Source: Pseudomonadota bacterium
Lineage (GTDB): Bacteria > Pseudomonadota > Gammaproteobacteria > Burkholderiales > Burkholderiaceae_C
Direction: 5' to 3'
Assembly (NCBI GenBank): GCA_021819435.1
Contig: JAKARB010000014.1
Span: 19,085-83,084 of the forward strand
Length of the DNA: 64,000 bases
Positions 1-9,868 of the stretch are shown piece after piece. The notes under the pieces are model-generated. The model did no database searches. It was given only the letters and a program-made list of their open reading frames with translations, and was not told the DNA's origin. A program made the position numbers and the translations under genes. Numbering within the stretch: position 1 is the stretch's first letter; each line of letters opens with the position of its first letter.

Positions 1-139
1 GTCTGGTTGTGGCCAAGGGGCTTGCGGCACGTGCAAGCTGACCGTGCATGACGGCCAGGCATGCGGCAACGTGATGGGCACAACGGTGTACCTGTGCACG
101 GCCTATCCGGGCTCGAGGCACCTCGTTCTGGGCGCTTGA
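1..139 (+). CDS. 3' end of a gene with a C-terminal 2Fe-2S ferredoxin domain (truncated by window start)
   Basis: Manual translation of frame 2: SGCGQGACGTCKLTVHDGQACGNVMGTTVYLCTAYPGSRHLVLGA*; CxxGxCGxC...C pattern; not in the ORF track. Confidence 0.75.
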   Translation, partial: SGCGQGACGTCKLTVHDGQACGNVMGTTVYLCTAYPGSRHLVLGA

Positions 140-438
140 GCCGCCCCTCGCTGCCGCCTGCGCCGCATCGTGCGGCCCTTAAGCTGCAGGCATGTACGCC
201 ACGCCGGTCAGAGTCAGTTGAGGAGCATCGCAGGGGTCGCCATCGGCCATCTGCCGCAGCGGCCTCTGCTCGCGCACACCGCTGAACAGGAGCAACTTCC
301 GTCGGTGTTTGGCGCATCGAGAACGGTTGGCGCAAAACCACAATACCTTTGACCGCCCCCTGAGCCAGGGTTGTCTCGCCGCGACAAGGACAGAGACAAT
401 TTGCGCACCTTTACTCAACCAGACACAGGGGAGCATCC

Positions 439-939
439 ATGAAATCCACACTGACCATCCTCGCCACCAGCCTCGCAGCGCTGTTGAGCGCACCCGCATT
501 CGCCGAGACCCCCCTCAGCGTTGACAACAGCTGGCACTACTTCTCCTTCGGCAACGTCGGCTCGACCTTCAGCAACCAGCCGTTCACGTTCACCTTGACC
601 GAGGCTGCCGTTCTGCGCGTGACCGACGCATACAACTCGGGCGACCAGTTCGAGGTCTTCAGCAATGGCAATTCGCTGGGCCTGACCTCCACCCCGACTT
701 ACGGCCATGACATCGGTGCTGACTACGCGGCCGCCTTCTTGAGCGAAAACTTCAGCCATGGTCAATGGACCCTGGCCGCAGGCACCTACAACATCACAGG
801 CGTCACCATCCTGTCGCCATACTCTGCGGGCGGCGCCGCCATCTCTCTGTCGGCCGTGCCAGAGCCCGAGTCCATCGCCCTGATGCTGGCGGGCGTGGTC
901 GTTCTGGGTGCAGGACTGCGCCGCCGCAACACACGCTGA
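439..939 (+). CDS. PEP-CTERM sorting domain protein
   Basis: Signal peptide; C-terminal VPEPESIALMLAGVVVLGAGLRRR (PEP motif, TM helix, Arg cluster). Confidence 0.9.
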   Translation: MKSTLTILATSLAALLSAPAFAETPLSVDNSWHYFSFGNVGSTFSNQPFTFTLTEAAVLRVTDAYNSGDQFEVFSNGNSLGLTSTPTYGHDIGADYAAAFLSENFSHGQWTLAAGTYNITGVTILSPYSAGGAAISLSAVPEPESIALMLAGVVVLGAGLRRRNTR

Positions 940-962
940 GCGCCATCCATCCGATCAGCTCC

Positions 963-996
963 AAACCGACCCATGCCAAGGCGGGGTCGGTTTTTT
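963..996 (+). terminator. Rho-independent terminator
   Basis: AAACCGACCC / GGGTCGGTTT stem followed by a T-run after the PEP-CTERM gene. Confidence 0.75.
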
Positions 997-1042
997 CACG
1001 TCTGAGGGGGCCGCGCAGTGGCGCTGCTGCAGCGGGAACGAA

Positions 1043-1771
1043 TCAGTCAGCCGCCCCAGGCGCCGCACCACGCCACAAGCGCTTGAGGCGTGCCAACTCC
1101 GCGTCATACAGGCCATTGACCCGCACCAGCTCGGTCTGCTGGTTCTGGATGATGTCGCGCTGAGCCTGTTGCTGCGCGTCGTTGGCCTCGAGCTTGGACT
1201 TGAGCTTGAAGGGCAGCTTGCGGTCCTTGTAGAACTCGGTTTCCGCGACGAGCGGCTTGCGCTCATCCTGCAACTCTTTGAGCCGTCGCTCGGAGTTGGC
1301 GATGCCTCGGCGCAGGTCGTCGAGCGCGGCTTCGCGGGCCTTGTGGTGCGCCGCCTCGTCGGGGAAACGCAGCATCAGGTTGCGGTCACGGCGCACCGCG
1401 TCTTTCTGCGCTGCGGCGGCCTGCTCTTGCAGGCGCTGGCGCTCATCGGCCAGGGCGCGCTCTTCGGCGTTCATGCGCGGCGGCACCGTGCGGCGCTCCG
1501 AGCCGTCGCGGTTGAGCAGGCGCTGCTCGCGGTCCAGGCATTCAGGGATGGGACGGTCGGCCGTGTGGCGCTTGCCCTGTGAATCGACGCAGCTGTAGAT
1601 GCCACCAGCCTGTGCCCAGGCCGAGCCCATGGCGCCGATCGACACCGCCCATGCCACCACCAGCGCGCCAGCGCCCGCCCGCGCCATGGCTGGGCGCACT
1701 GAGCGGGGCTCCCGAGCGATGTCCCGAATTCGGGACCGCAGCGAAATGGCGGGGAAGTGAAGCGTGTTCAT
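1043..1771 (-). CDS. DUF4124 domain-containing exported protein (start uncertain)
   Basis: IYSCVDSQGKRHTADRPIPEC motif after a signal-like segment, followed by a coiled coil. Confidence 0.75.
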   Translation of the reverse strand: MNTLHFPAISLRSRIRDIAREPRSVRPAMARAGAGALVVAWAVSIGAMGSAWAQAGGIYSCVDSQGKRHTADRPIPECLDREQRLLNRDGSERRTVPPRMNAEERALADERQRLQEQAAAAQKDAVRRDRNLMLRFPDEAAHHKAREAALDDLRRGIANSERRLKELQDERKPLVAETEFYKDRKLPFKLKSKLEANDAQQQAQRDIIQNQQTELVRVNGLYDAELARLKRLWRGAAPGAAD

Positions 1772-1874
1772 CAGGGTGGTTCGGCGGCCACGGCAGCCAT
1801 GGTCGTCAGCTTCGGTCATCTGACAGCAGCCCGACTCACATCAGGCCATCATAAAACGGTCTATATCAAACGTC

Positions 1875-2552
1875 TCAAACACCGTAGCGTTGACGGTAGG
1901 CCTGCACGGCGGGGCGGGCAGCCACCAAAGCAGGGTCTGACTGGCCGTCGAGGAAGCCCATCAAATCGGCCAGCGTGGCGATGGCCACCACGGGCAGGCC
2001 GTATTGGTTCTGCACCTGCTGCACCGCGCTCTCGGCGGCGTCCTGGCCGTTGGCGGTGGCCTTTTCCTGGCGGTCTAGGGCGATGGTGACGCCGCAGGGC
2101 GTGGCGCCAGCGGCCTTGATCATCTCGATGGATTCACGCACAGAGGTGCCCGCCGAGATCACGTCGTCGATGATGAGCACGCGGCCTTTCACGGGTGCGC
2201 CCACCAGGGTGCCGCCTTCGCCGTGGTCCTTGGCTTCCTTGCGGTTGTAAGCGAACGGCAGGTTGTGACCCAGGCGGGCCAGCTCGATGGACACGGCCGC
2301 CGCCAGGGTGATGCCCTTGTAGGCAGGGCCGAAGAGCATGTCGAACTGGAGGCCCGAGGCGACCAACCGGCGTGCATAGAATTCGGCCAGGCGGCCCAGC
2401 TTGGCGCCGTCATCGAACAGGCCGGCGTTGAAGAAATAAGGCGACAGCCGGCCTGCCTTGGTCTTGAACTCCCCGAAGCGCAACACCCTCGATTCCACGG
2501 CGAAGGCCACGAAATCCTGGGCCAGGGTGTCTTGTGCGGGGGTGTTGCTCAT
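1875..2552 (-). CDS. pyrE: Orotate phosphoribosyltransferase
   Basis: FKTKAGRLSPYFFNAG, FGPAYKGI, RKEAKDHGEGG, VLIIDDVISAGTS motifs. Confidence 0.97.
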   Translation of the reverse strand: MSNTPAQDTLAQDFVAFAVESRVLRFGEFKTKAGRLSPYFFNAGLFDDGAKLGRLAEFYARRLVASGLQFDMLFGPAYKGITLAAAVSIELARLGHNLPFAYNRKEAKDHGEGGTLVGAPVKGRVLIIDDVISAGTSVRESIEMIKAAGATPCGVTIALDRQEKATANGQDAAESAVQQVQNQYGLPVVAIATLADLMGFLDGQSDPALVAARPAVQAYRQRYGV

Positions 2553-2566
2553 GATGGTGGTGCGCT

Positions 2567-3376
2567 GTGTTTCGACTGGTCTCTTTCAACCTCAATGGCA
2601 TCCGTTCGGCGGCCAACAAGGGCATGCTGCAGTGGGCCGAAGGCCACGGCGCCGATTGTATGGGCGTGCAGGAACTCAAGGCCCAGGCCATTGACCTGAC
2701 CCCCCAACTTCAAAATGTGGCGGGCATGCCCGGGCATTTCCACCATGCTGAAAAGAAGGGCTATTCCGGCGTGGGGCTCTACAGCCGCATCGAGCCCTCT
2801 GACCTCATCGTGGGCCTGGGCGCATCCGACAACGGCGAGTTCGACGCCGAAGGCCGCTACGTGGAAATGCGCTTCGACAAGCCCGGGCGCAAGCTCTCCA
2901 TCATCAGTTGCTACTTCCCCTCTGGCTCCAGCAGCGAAGAGCGGCAGGAGGCCAAGTTCCGCTTCCTCGATGTGATCGAGCCCCACCTGGCGCGGCTGCG
3001 CGGCGAGCGCGAGTTCATCCTCGTGGGCGACGTCAACATCGCCCACCACGAGCGCGACCTGAAAAACTGGAAGGGCAACGTGAAGAACTCCGGCTTCCTG
3101 CCCGAGGAACGCGCCTGGATGACCAAGCTGCTAGCGCCAGATGGCGGCACCCGCCTGGTCGACGTCTACCGCAGCCTGCACCCCGAGACCACCGACGAGT
3201 GCTACACGTGGTGGAGCAACCGGGGCCAGGCCCGCGCCAAGAACGTGGGCTGGCGCATCGACTACCACCTGGCCACCCCGGCACTGGCCCAGACCGCCAA
3301 AGCCAGCGCCATCTACAAAGACCAGTGGTTCAGCGACCACGCGCCATTGACCATCGACTACGACTTCACAATTTGA
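2567..3376 (+). CDS. xth: Exodeoxyribonuclease III
   Basis: SFNLNGIRSA, QELKA, GDVNIAH, SGFLPEER, GWRIDY, SDHAP motifs. Confidence 0.96.
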   Translation: MFRLVSFNLNGIRSAANKGMLQWAEGHGADCMGVQELKAQAIDLTPQLQNVAGMPGHFHHAEKKGYSGVGLYSRIEPSDLIVGLGASDNGEFDAEGRYVEMRFDKPGRKLSIISCYFPSGSSSEERQEAKFRFLDVIEPHLARLRGEREFILVGDVNIAHHERDLKNWKGNVKNSGFLPEERAWMTKLLAPDGGTRLVDVYRSLHPETTDECYTWWSNRGQARAKNVGWRIDYHLATPALAQTAKASAIYKDQWFSDHAPLTIDYDFTI

Positions 3377-3475
3377 GCGCAACGCAACGCCGGCCGCGAA
3401 TCCTTTTGCCGCTTGCGCCCCTCTTTGCCATGGAAGCCCGCCACGGTGGCGGGCGCACGGAGGAGCACCGAAGCC

Positions 3476-4018
3476 ATGCGCATGTCCCCTGACCTGTCGA
3501 TCACCGACCTGCTGAGCCAGGCGCAAGCGGGCGATCAAACCGCACTGACGCGCCTGCTGAGCGAACTTCAACCCGACATCCGCCGCTACGCGCGCCGGCA
3601 ATGCCACCGGGCCTCCGTGCTGGAAGACGTGGTGCAGGAGGCGCTGATCGTCGTCTACCGCAAGGTGGGGCAGGTGCGCAGCGCGCAAGCACTGGGCGGC
3701 TGGCTGCTGACCGTCGTCACCCGCCTGTGCATGCTGCCGGCGCTGATGCTCAGCCGGGGCATCGAGGAGCTGAGCGACACCGACGAGGCGAAGCGGTTCG
3801 CGGCGGTGCCGGTGGACGACCTGCGCATCGACCTGGCGCGGGCCATGGAGTCCCTGCCCGCCACCCACCGCGAAGTCGTGCTGCTGCGTGATTTCGAGGA
3901 GTTGACGATCAACGAGATCGCCACGCGCCTGGGCATCACCCGCGAAGCCACAAAAAGCCGGCTGCACCGCGCGCGCTGCCTGCTGCGTGAGTACCTCGTC
4001 AACCAGGAGGCGGCATGA
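3476..4018 (+). CDS. ECF RNA polymerase sigma factor
   Basis: Region 2 (EDVVQEAL) and region 4 (REVVLLRDFEELTINEIATRLGITREATKSRLHRAR); GGAGGAG RBS before ATG 3476. Confidence 0.9.
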   Translation: MRMSPDLSITDLLSQAQAGDQTALTRLLSELQPDIRRYARRQCHRASVLEDVVQEALIVVYRKVGQVRSAQALGGWLLTVVTRLCMLPALMLSRGIEELSDTDEAKRFAAVPVDDLRIDLARAMESLPATHREVVLLRDFEELTINEIATRLGITREATKSRLHRARCLLREYLVNQEAA

Positions 4019-4371
4019 CGGCCTACCAGTCTCCCCAGGACCTGCGCCATGGCGCCGACCTCGTCAGGCTCGCGCCCACCGAGGCGAACGCCTTCCTGGC
4101 CTTCGACCACGCGGCCAAGCGCGAGGACGGCCACTTGCCGGCAAAGACGCGCGAACTCGTTTCACTGGCCGTTGCCTTGACCACCCAGTGCGCCTACTGC
4201 CTCGACGTGCACACGCGCGCCGCCAAGAAGGCGGGCGTGACGGCGGAGGAGCTCGCCGAGGTGATCGCGGTGGCGGCGGCGGTGCGCGCCGGCGCGACCA
4301 TGGCGCACGGCACCTTCGCGATGCGCTTGTTCAGTGAAGCGAACACCGGCAGCGGCGGCGCGCCGCCGTGA
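4015..4371 (+). CDS. Carboxymuconolactone decarboxylase / AhpD family protein
   Basis: KTRELVSLAVALTTQCAYCLDVH (CxxC-x2-H); ATGA overlap with the sigma gene. Confidence 0.9.
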   Translation: MTAYQSPQDLRHGADLVRLAPTEANAFLAFDHAAKREDGHLPAKTRELVSLAVALTTQCAYCLDVHTRAAKKAGVTAEELAEVIAVAAAVRAGATMAHGTFAMRLFSEANTGSGGAPP

Positions 4372-4414
4372 TCACACGGCAGGCCGCGTCACTTGCCGCG
4401 CCTCTTGTCCTGGT

Positions 4415-4912
4415 TCAGTTCAAACCCGACTGGCTCAGCCCGAACTCCTGGTCTTTCGAGCCCGGCACGTTGCGGAAGGCAACGTTGACGCGATTCCAGC
4501 CGTTGATGGCCATGACGCGAAAGGTCAGCTCGGAGAGTTCGACCTCGGAGAGCTGCTCGCGCGCCTCGGCGTAGAGCGCGTCCGGCACGCCATGGGCGTC
4601 CAGCCGGGTCAGGGCCTCGGTCCAGGCGAGCGCGGCGCGTTCACGCGGCGTGAACAGGGGCGACTCGCGCCAGATGGCGATGTGGTGCAAGCGCAAGGCA
4701 CGTTCGCCATGCACGTGCGCCTGCTTGACGTGCATGTCCAGGCAGAACGCGCAGCCGTTGAGTTGCGAAGCGCGGATGTCGATGAGGTGGGCCAGCGTCG
4801 GCTCCAGCTTGATGGACAGGGAAAAGTCGAGGAACTTCTTGAACAGCTGGGGCGACAGCTTCATGTAGTCGGCGCGGGGCTGGGGGGCGGATACGGGAGC
4901 GTCTTGGCTCAT
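4415..4912 (-). CDS. CMD/AhpD-family alkylhydroperoxidase-like protein
   Basis: IRASQLNGCAFCLDMH, RERAALAWTE, INGWNR motifs. Confidence 0.92.
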   Translation of the reverse strand: MSQDAPVSAPQPRADYMKLSPQLFKKFLDFSLSIKLEPTLAHLIDIRASQLNGCAFCLDMHVKQAHVHGERALRLHHIAIWRESPLFTPRERAALAWTEALTRLDAHGVPDALYAEAREQLSEVELSELTFRVMAINGWNRVNVAFRNVPGSKDQEFGLSQSGLN

Positions 4913-5083
4913 GGCGATTTTTCCTTTTGCGCTTTTGTGCGTTTGCACGTTTGCGCGGCTTAAGTGGTTGGCGGAGCCGGTGCGCTCACCGGCCCTCATC
5001 CACAAGACGACGCAGCACGTGGCTTTGTGACATCGGCGGACGAAAAGCCAAGGTGCCTGGTTCGCAGCCAGGTCCGTGACGCC

Positions 5084-6037
5084 TCACACAGCCAGCGCCG
5101 CCAGCAAGCCCTTGAGCTTCTCTGGATTGCGCTGGATGTAAAGCGCCCCGATGCGGCCCGGCTCGTCCACCGATGGCGCCAGCACCATGGCCTGCACGAG
5201 GCGTCCGCCCTCGAGGTCATCGAAGACCAGGCAGCCAGGCATGCCGTTGAGCCAGACGGCCTCCAGGCGCCAGCCCTGGCTGGCTGGCATGCGCGCGAAA
5301 CCGATGAAGGCGCGGGCGATGCGTTCGCCGCCTTGCAAGGGCCTGGGCACGGCGCTGACCACGCCGCCGCCATCGGCCAGCATCAGCGCATCGGCGCTGA
5401 GCAATTGCGCCAAGGCATCGACATCTTGCGAGCGCACGGCCTGGCTGAAGGCTTGCCACAGCCTGTGCCCATCGGCACGCGTGACCTCGCGGCGCGGCGC
5501 CTCTTCCTTCACTTTTCTGCGAGCGCGGCTGCTGAGTTGCCGGCAGGCGGCCGGACTGCGTCCCAGGTGCTCGCCGATTTCGCCGAAGTCGAGGTCGAAC
5601 ACGTCGTGGAGCAGGAAAGCGGCCCGCTCCAGCGGAGACAGGCGCTCAAGCGCAAGCATGAGGGCCACCGACACGTCCTGAGCGAACTCGGCCTGAGACT
5701 GCGGATCGGGGGCGGTCTTGCCAAAAGCCTCGTCGTCCAGCCAGGGCTCGGGCAGCCAGACGCCGACGTAATGCTCGCGGCGAGCGGCGGCCGAACCCAG
5801 CCGGTCCAGGCACAGGTGCGTGACCATGCGGGACAAGAACGCGCCCGCGTGCCGGACTTCGGCCTCGTCCTGCTCGGCCCAACGCAACCAGGCCTCCTGC
5901 ACGATGTCCTCGGCCTCGGCCACCGAGCCGAGCATGCGGTAGGCCAGTGCGCGCAAGGCGCGGGCGTGCTCGCGCTGGTAGCGCCGGGCGCGTTCGGCCT
6001 GGGCTTCGGCCGGGTTTGGCGGGGTGGACTCGGTCAT
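5084..6037 (-). CDS. sigJ: ECF41/SigJ-type sigma factor with C-terminal SnoaL-like extension
   Basis: YRMLGSVAEAEDIVQEAW, YVGVWLPEP, DGGG and RNPEKL motifs typical of ECF41. Confidence 0.9.
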   Translation of the reverse strand: MTESTPPNPAEAQAERARRYQREHARALRALAYRMLGSVAEAEDIVQEAWLRWAEQDEAEVRHAGAFLSRMVTHLCLDRLGSAAARREHYVGVWLPEPWLDDEAFGKTAPDPQSQAEFAQDVSVALMLALERLSPLERAAFLLHDVFDLDFGEIGEHLGRSPAACRQLSSRARRKVKEEAPRREVTRADGHRLWQAFSQAVRSQDVDALAQLLSADALMLADGGGVVSAVPRPLQGGERIARAFIGFARMPASQGWRLEAVWLNGMPGCLVFDDLEGGRLVQAMVLAPSVDEPGRIGALYIQRNPEKLKGLLAALAV

Positions 6038-6157
6038 GCGGGGATCAGTCTGGTCAGGGCGCTCGTTGCCTGTCGCGGCCAAGTCGGCGCGAGGTCACCG
6101 CCATGAACCTCGGCGTGATGGACAACGGGCGGCGAGCCGGACGGCAACAAGGCGGCC

Positions 6158-7120
6158 TCAGTTGGCGTGCGAACCGGGCAACCCACGCCAAGGCGGCGCC
6201 GGGATGCGCTCGGTTTCCCCCGGGACTGGTGCGAACCGGCCTGCGGCCCAGTCGGCCACCGCCTGCTCGATCAAGGCCGGATCGTGGGAAACGAAGTTCC
6301 ACCACATGCGCACCGGCTGGGCCAGGGGCTGTCCGCCGACCAGCACCAGGCGCGCCCCGTGCTGACCGGCCTGCAAGACCACCGCTTCGCCAGCAGGCAG
6401 CACGGCCATGTCGCGCGGCGCCAGCACTTCGCCATCCACGGTGAGGGCATCTTCGGGGCTGAAGATCGCTTGTTCTTCGGCCAGCGGCGGCAGGGTCCAG
6501 CTCGTGCCGGGCGGCAGGGTGATGTCCAGGTAAAGCGTGGGCGACGCGGTGCGCACGGGGCTGCGCACGCCGAAGGCCTCGCCCACCAGCACGCGCACTG
6601 ACACGCGCACCGGCGACTCGCTGCCCGATGGGCCCGACCCGCCCGCGTCCAACGTGACGTGCGGCAGGTCTGCCGCCGCAACGTGCTGAAACGAGGGCTC
6701 ACAGCGGGCCTGATCCGGCGGCAGCGCCACCCACAATTGCAGGCCATGCAGGCGGCGCGGGTGGCCGCGCTCGGCCTCGGGCACGCGCTCACTGTGCGCC
6801 ACACCCCGGCCCGCCACCATCCAGTTGATGGCACCGGGCGTGATGGTCTGCTGCGTGCCCAGGCTGTCGCGGTGCAGGAAGCCGCCTTCGAAGAGGTAGC
6901 TCACCGTCGCCAGCCCGATGTGGGGATGGCAGCCGACATCGGTGTCCAGCTCGGGCGGCAAGGTCACCGGCCCGAAGTGATCAAAAAAAATGAATGGTCC
7001 GACCGAGCGTTTCGCCGCTGCGGGCAGCACCCGGCGCACGGTCAGGGCGCCGGCCAGGGTGGTCTCGTGCCCCTTGAGGCGCAAAAAACGATCCCTTGCG
7101 GGCGAATCGGCGGCGCTCAC
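6158..7120 (-). CDS. Pirin family protein
   Basis: GPFIFFDHFGP, HPHIGLATVSYLFEG, HRDSLG, WMVAGRGVAHSE. Confidence 0.95.
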   Translation of the reverse strand: MSAADSPARDRFLRLKGHETTLAGALTVRRVLPAAAKRSVGPFIFFDHFGPVTLPPELDTDVGCHPHIGLATVSYLFEGGFLHRDSLGTQQTITPGAINWMVAGRGVAHSERVPEAERGHPRRLHGLQLWVALPPDQARCEPSFQHVAAADLPHVTLDAGGSGPSGSESPVRVSVRVLVGEAFGVRSPVRTASPTLYLDITLPPGTSWTLPPLAEEQAIFSPEDALTVDGEVLAPRDMAVLPAGEAVVLQAGQHGARLVLVGGQPLAQPVRMWWNFVSHDPALIEQAVADWAAGRFAPVPGETERIPAPPWRGLPGSHAN

Positions 7121-7536
7121 GCAACGCTCCCGGGCTCGGCCAGCGCCGTCTGCACATCGATCTCACCTTCGAAAATGCGGTGGATCGGGCACTTGTTGGC
7201 GATCTCCAGCAGCTTCGCGCGTTCGGCCTCGCTCACGTCGCCTTCGATGCCCACGGTGCGCACGAGCTGGTAGCGCACCCGGCCCTGTTCATCGCGCGAT
7301 TCGGTGTGCTCAACGCGCACTTTCAGGTCGGTGACGGGCAACTGGCGGCGGCGGATGTAGAGCTCCAGCGTCAGCGCCGTGCAGGCCGCGAGGGAAGAAT
7401 CGAGCAGGTCGTGCGGGTCCGGGGCGAGGTCGCCCGAACCCAGGGCCTTGTCGACATCGGAAAGCCAGGCGTGGCGACCGTTGCTGAGCGTGGTCAGGGC
7501 GCCATTGGCGCGGTGCAGGGTGGCTTCGACGGTCAT
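7117..7536 (-). CDS. OsmC family protein
   Basis: [17 protein letters not shown] and [11 protein letters not shown] (two conserved Cys). Confidence 0.92.
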   Translation of the reverse strand: MTVEATLHRANGALTTLSNGRHAWLSDVDKALGSGDLAPDPHDLLDSSLAACTALTLELYIRRRQLPVTDLKVRVEHTESRDEQGRVRYQLVRTVGIEGDVSEAERAKLLEIANKCPIHRIFEGEIDVQTALAEPGSVA

Positions 7537-7725
7537 GGGGTCTCCAAAGGTGCCTGCCCGGTTCGGTGGCAGGCAAAGGCTGCGGATGGCGATGGGCCCA
7601 TCATGGCCGACAAGCACCCACGCCGTGGTTCGCGGCTTTCGCACCCGGGCTTCAAAAACATCGAATGGTGGCCGGGCCCTGCCCATTTGCGTCCCTCGCC
7701 CCTCGCCCCTGGGTGGATTGGGTCA

Positions 7726-7754
7726 TCGACTTCCCAGGAGCCGACGGGTACAAT
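7726..7754 (+). promoter_or_regulatory. Candidate sigma70 promoter of infA
   Basis: TCGACT-17 bp-TACAAT about 90 bp upstream of the start codon. Confidence 0.55.
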
Positions 7755-7843
7755 CACCGGTTGCCCAGATCAGCTTGGGCGAACAAATTCTCGGATCAAT
7801 CCTTTTAACTCTCCAACCCATCCAAGCCCTCACAGGAGTCACC

Positions 7844-8110
7844 TTGGCCAAAGAAGAACTGATTGAAATGAGCGGCAAGGTCGATGAAGTGCTGCCTGAC
7901 TCACGCTTTCGTGTCACCCTCGACAACGGCCACACGCTGATCGCTTACTCCGGCGGCAAGATGCGCAAGAACCACATCCGCATCCTCGCTGGTGACAAGG
8001 TGTCGCTTGAGATGTCGCCCTACGACCTGACCAAGGGCCGCATCACCTACCGGCACATCGAGAACCGCGGCCCCACGCCAGGCTTCACGCCCGGCGCGCG
8101 TAAGCGCTGA
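7844..8110 (+). CDS. infA: Translation initiation factor IF-1 (TTG start)
   Basis: (M)[29 protein letters not shown]...[32 protein letters not shown]; AGGAG RBS. Confidence 0.97.
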   Translation: MAKEELIEMSGKVDEVLPDSRFRVTLDNGHTLIAYSGGKMRKNHIRILAGDKVSLEMSPYDLTKGRITYRHIENRGPTPGFTPGARKR

Positions 8111-8350
8111 CACGGCTGATACAGCTGAACACAAATCGGTGGTCAAGGCCGAAGCCATCTGGCCGAAGACAAGGCTTGCAGCCTGTTTCCCACCGGTTAG
8201 CGCGCTTGTCGAGTCGCGCAATCACTCCTGAGTCAGTCCCGACAGGGGCGATGCAGGCTGCCTCACCGAGGAGCCTCCATGCATCGTCCCAGCCGCTTGT
8301 GGTCCATCCTGGGCCTTTCTCATCCGGCTTTCCCACCGGTTTCCCACCGG

Positions 8351-9064
8351 ATGCAACGTCCAGGCGTTTCGTGCCTGGCGCGGTTGACACGCTCCATCTG
8401 CCGCCCGGTTTCAGCAGCCGGCCTCTTGGCGGCCACCTTGCTATCGACCGCGCCCGCTGGCGCGCAGGCGGGCGAACCGTACGTCAAGGTGGGCCTGCCC
8501 GGCATCGTCGTGGGTTATGCCCACACGGTGAACGACCAGCTCGGCCTGCGCGTCGACGCGGGCACCACGGGCCGCATCTCGCGTGACCGCACCGAGTCCG
8601 GCGTGCCTTACCGCGAGCAACTGAAATACGACCGCGTTGGCCTGTTTGGCGACTACCGGCCCTTCGGCGGCCGCTTCCGCCTGACTGCCGGCCTGACCGT
8701 CAACGACGCCTCGGCCAAGCTCGACAGCCGCTTTGATGGCGCCACCTCGGTGACGATCAACCAAACCACCATCACCCCCTCGGCGGCCGACTACTTCCGG
8801 GCCCGCGTGAAGATCCCGCGCCTGACGCCTTACTTCGGCATCGGCTGGGGCCACGAACCCCGTGAGAGCGGGTTCGGCTTCGTGGCGGATGTCGGGGTGT
8901 CCGTGGGCAAGGCCAAGCTCACCGTCGATCAGAACCTGACAGAGAACCACCCCGGCCTGATCAGCCAGGAGGACGTGGACGTCGAAACCCGCGAACTCAA
9001 GGACAAGGTCGGCAAGGTGCGTGTGCTGCCTCACCTGGCCGTGGGGATGAGCTACCGCTACTGA
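8351..9064 (+). CDS. Hypothetical outer-membrane beta-barrel protein (start 8279 or 8351)
   Basis: Signal peptide, amphipathic strands (PYFGIGWGH, FGFVADVGV), C-terminal GMSYRY. Confidence 0.65.
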   Translation: MQRPGVSCLARLTRSICRPVSAAGLLAATLLSTAPAGAQAGEPYVKVGLPGIVVGYAHTVNDQLGLRVDAGTTGRISRDRTESGVPYREQLKYDRVGLFGDYRPFGGRFRLTAGLTVNDASAKLDSRFDGATSVTINQTTITPSAADYFRARVKIPRLTPYFGIGWGHEPRESGFGFVADVGVSVGKAKLTVDQNLTENHPGLISQEDVDVETRELKDKVGKVRVLPHLAVGMSYRY

Positions 9065-9110
9065 CGCCCGCGCCGACAGCGAGCGCTCGGGCAGGACGCG
9101 GCGGCTTGCA

Positions 9111-9776
9111 TCACAACAGCGCCGCTCCGACGTTCACCATCAGCGCCAACAAGGTGGCGTTGAAGAAGAAGGCCAGCACGCAGTGCACCAGGCCGACGCG
9201 ACGCATCTCGCCGCTGCCGAAGGACACGTCCGCCGTCTGCGCCGACGTGCCGATGACCGCCGCCACGTAGAGAAAGTCGAAGTAGTCAGGCTGCCGGGTG
9301 TCAGGGAACACCAGGCCGGGCGACGGGTCGGACGGCGAGGCCTGGTAGTACTCGTGGGCATAGTGCAGCGCGAACATCACCTGCGTGAAAGCCCAAGAGG
9401 TCAGCACCGTGGCGGCGGCCAGGCCGATGTGCAGCGTGCGAGCAAGGCCCGTCTCGTTGCGGGCCACCGCGAGCTCGGCCACGATGGCACCGAGGCTGGC
9501 CAATGCCGCCAGCACCACGAGGGCGAGGATCATCGCCGCGCCGTCGTCTTGCGAGGGCGCGCGCCTGCGCATGTCGTCGTGTGACGAACGCGCCATCATC
9601 AGCGTGGCCAGAACCAGGTAGCACGCGGCCCCGGCGTTCCAGCCGACCAGCCAGCGCGTGACCTCGCGCGCCTCCACGCCGAACCAGGGCCAAGCCAGCG
9701 CCACCCCGCTGCCGAACAAGGCAGAAGCCGCCAGCCGGGGGCGCGCACGCAAACTGCGCAGGAATGAAAACACCAT
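9111..9776 (-). CDS. DUF1345 domain membrane protein
   Basis: SWAFTQVMFALHYAHEYY, PDYFDFLY, IGTSAQTADV motifs. Confidence 0.9.
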   Translation of the reverse strand: MVFSFLRSLRARPRLAASALFGSGVALAWPWFGVEAREVTRWLVGWNAGAACYLVLATLMMARSSHDDMRRRAPSQDDGAAMILALVVLAALASLGAIVAELAVARNETGLARTLHIGLAAATVLTSWAFTQVMFALHYAHEYYQASPSDPSPGLVFPDTRQPDYFDFLYVAAVIGTSAQTADVSFGSGEMRRVGLVHCVLAFFFNATLLALMVNVGAALL

Positions 9777-9868
9777 GCGGCGATGATGCCCGAAGAAGCC
9801 GCCATGGCTGGATGCCCGGCTGACTCGCCAACGCCCCGGGGCGCAATCGGCGCTAACATCGTGCGGTC

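Noticed and set aside
305-415. TTGGCGCA direct repeats upstream of the first PEP-CTERM gene as a sigma54/PrsR site
   Set aside because: No correctly spaced GG-N10-GC sigma54 element found; too weak to call
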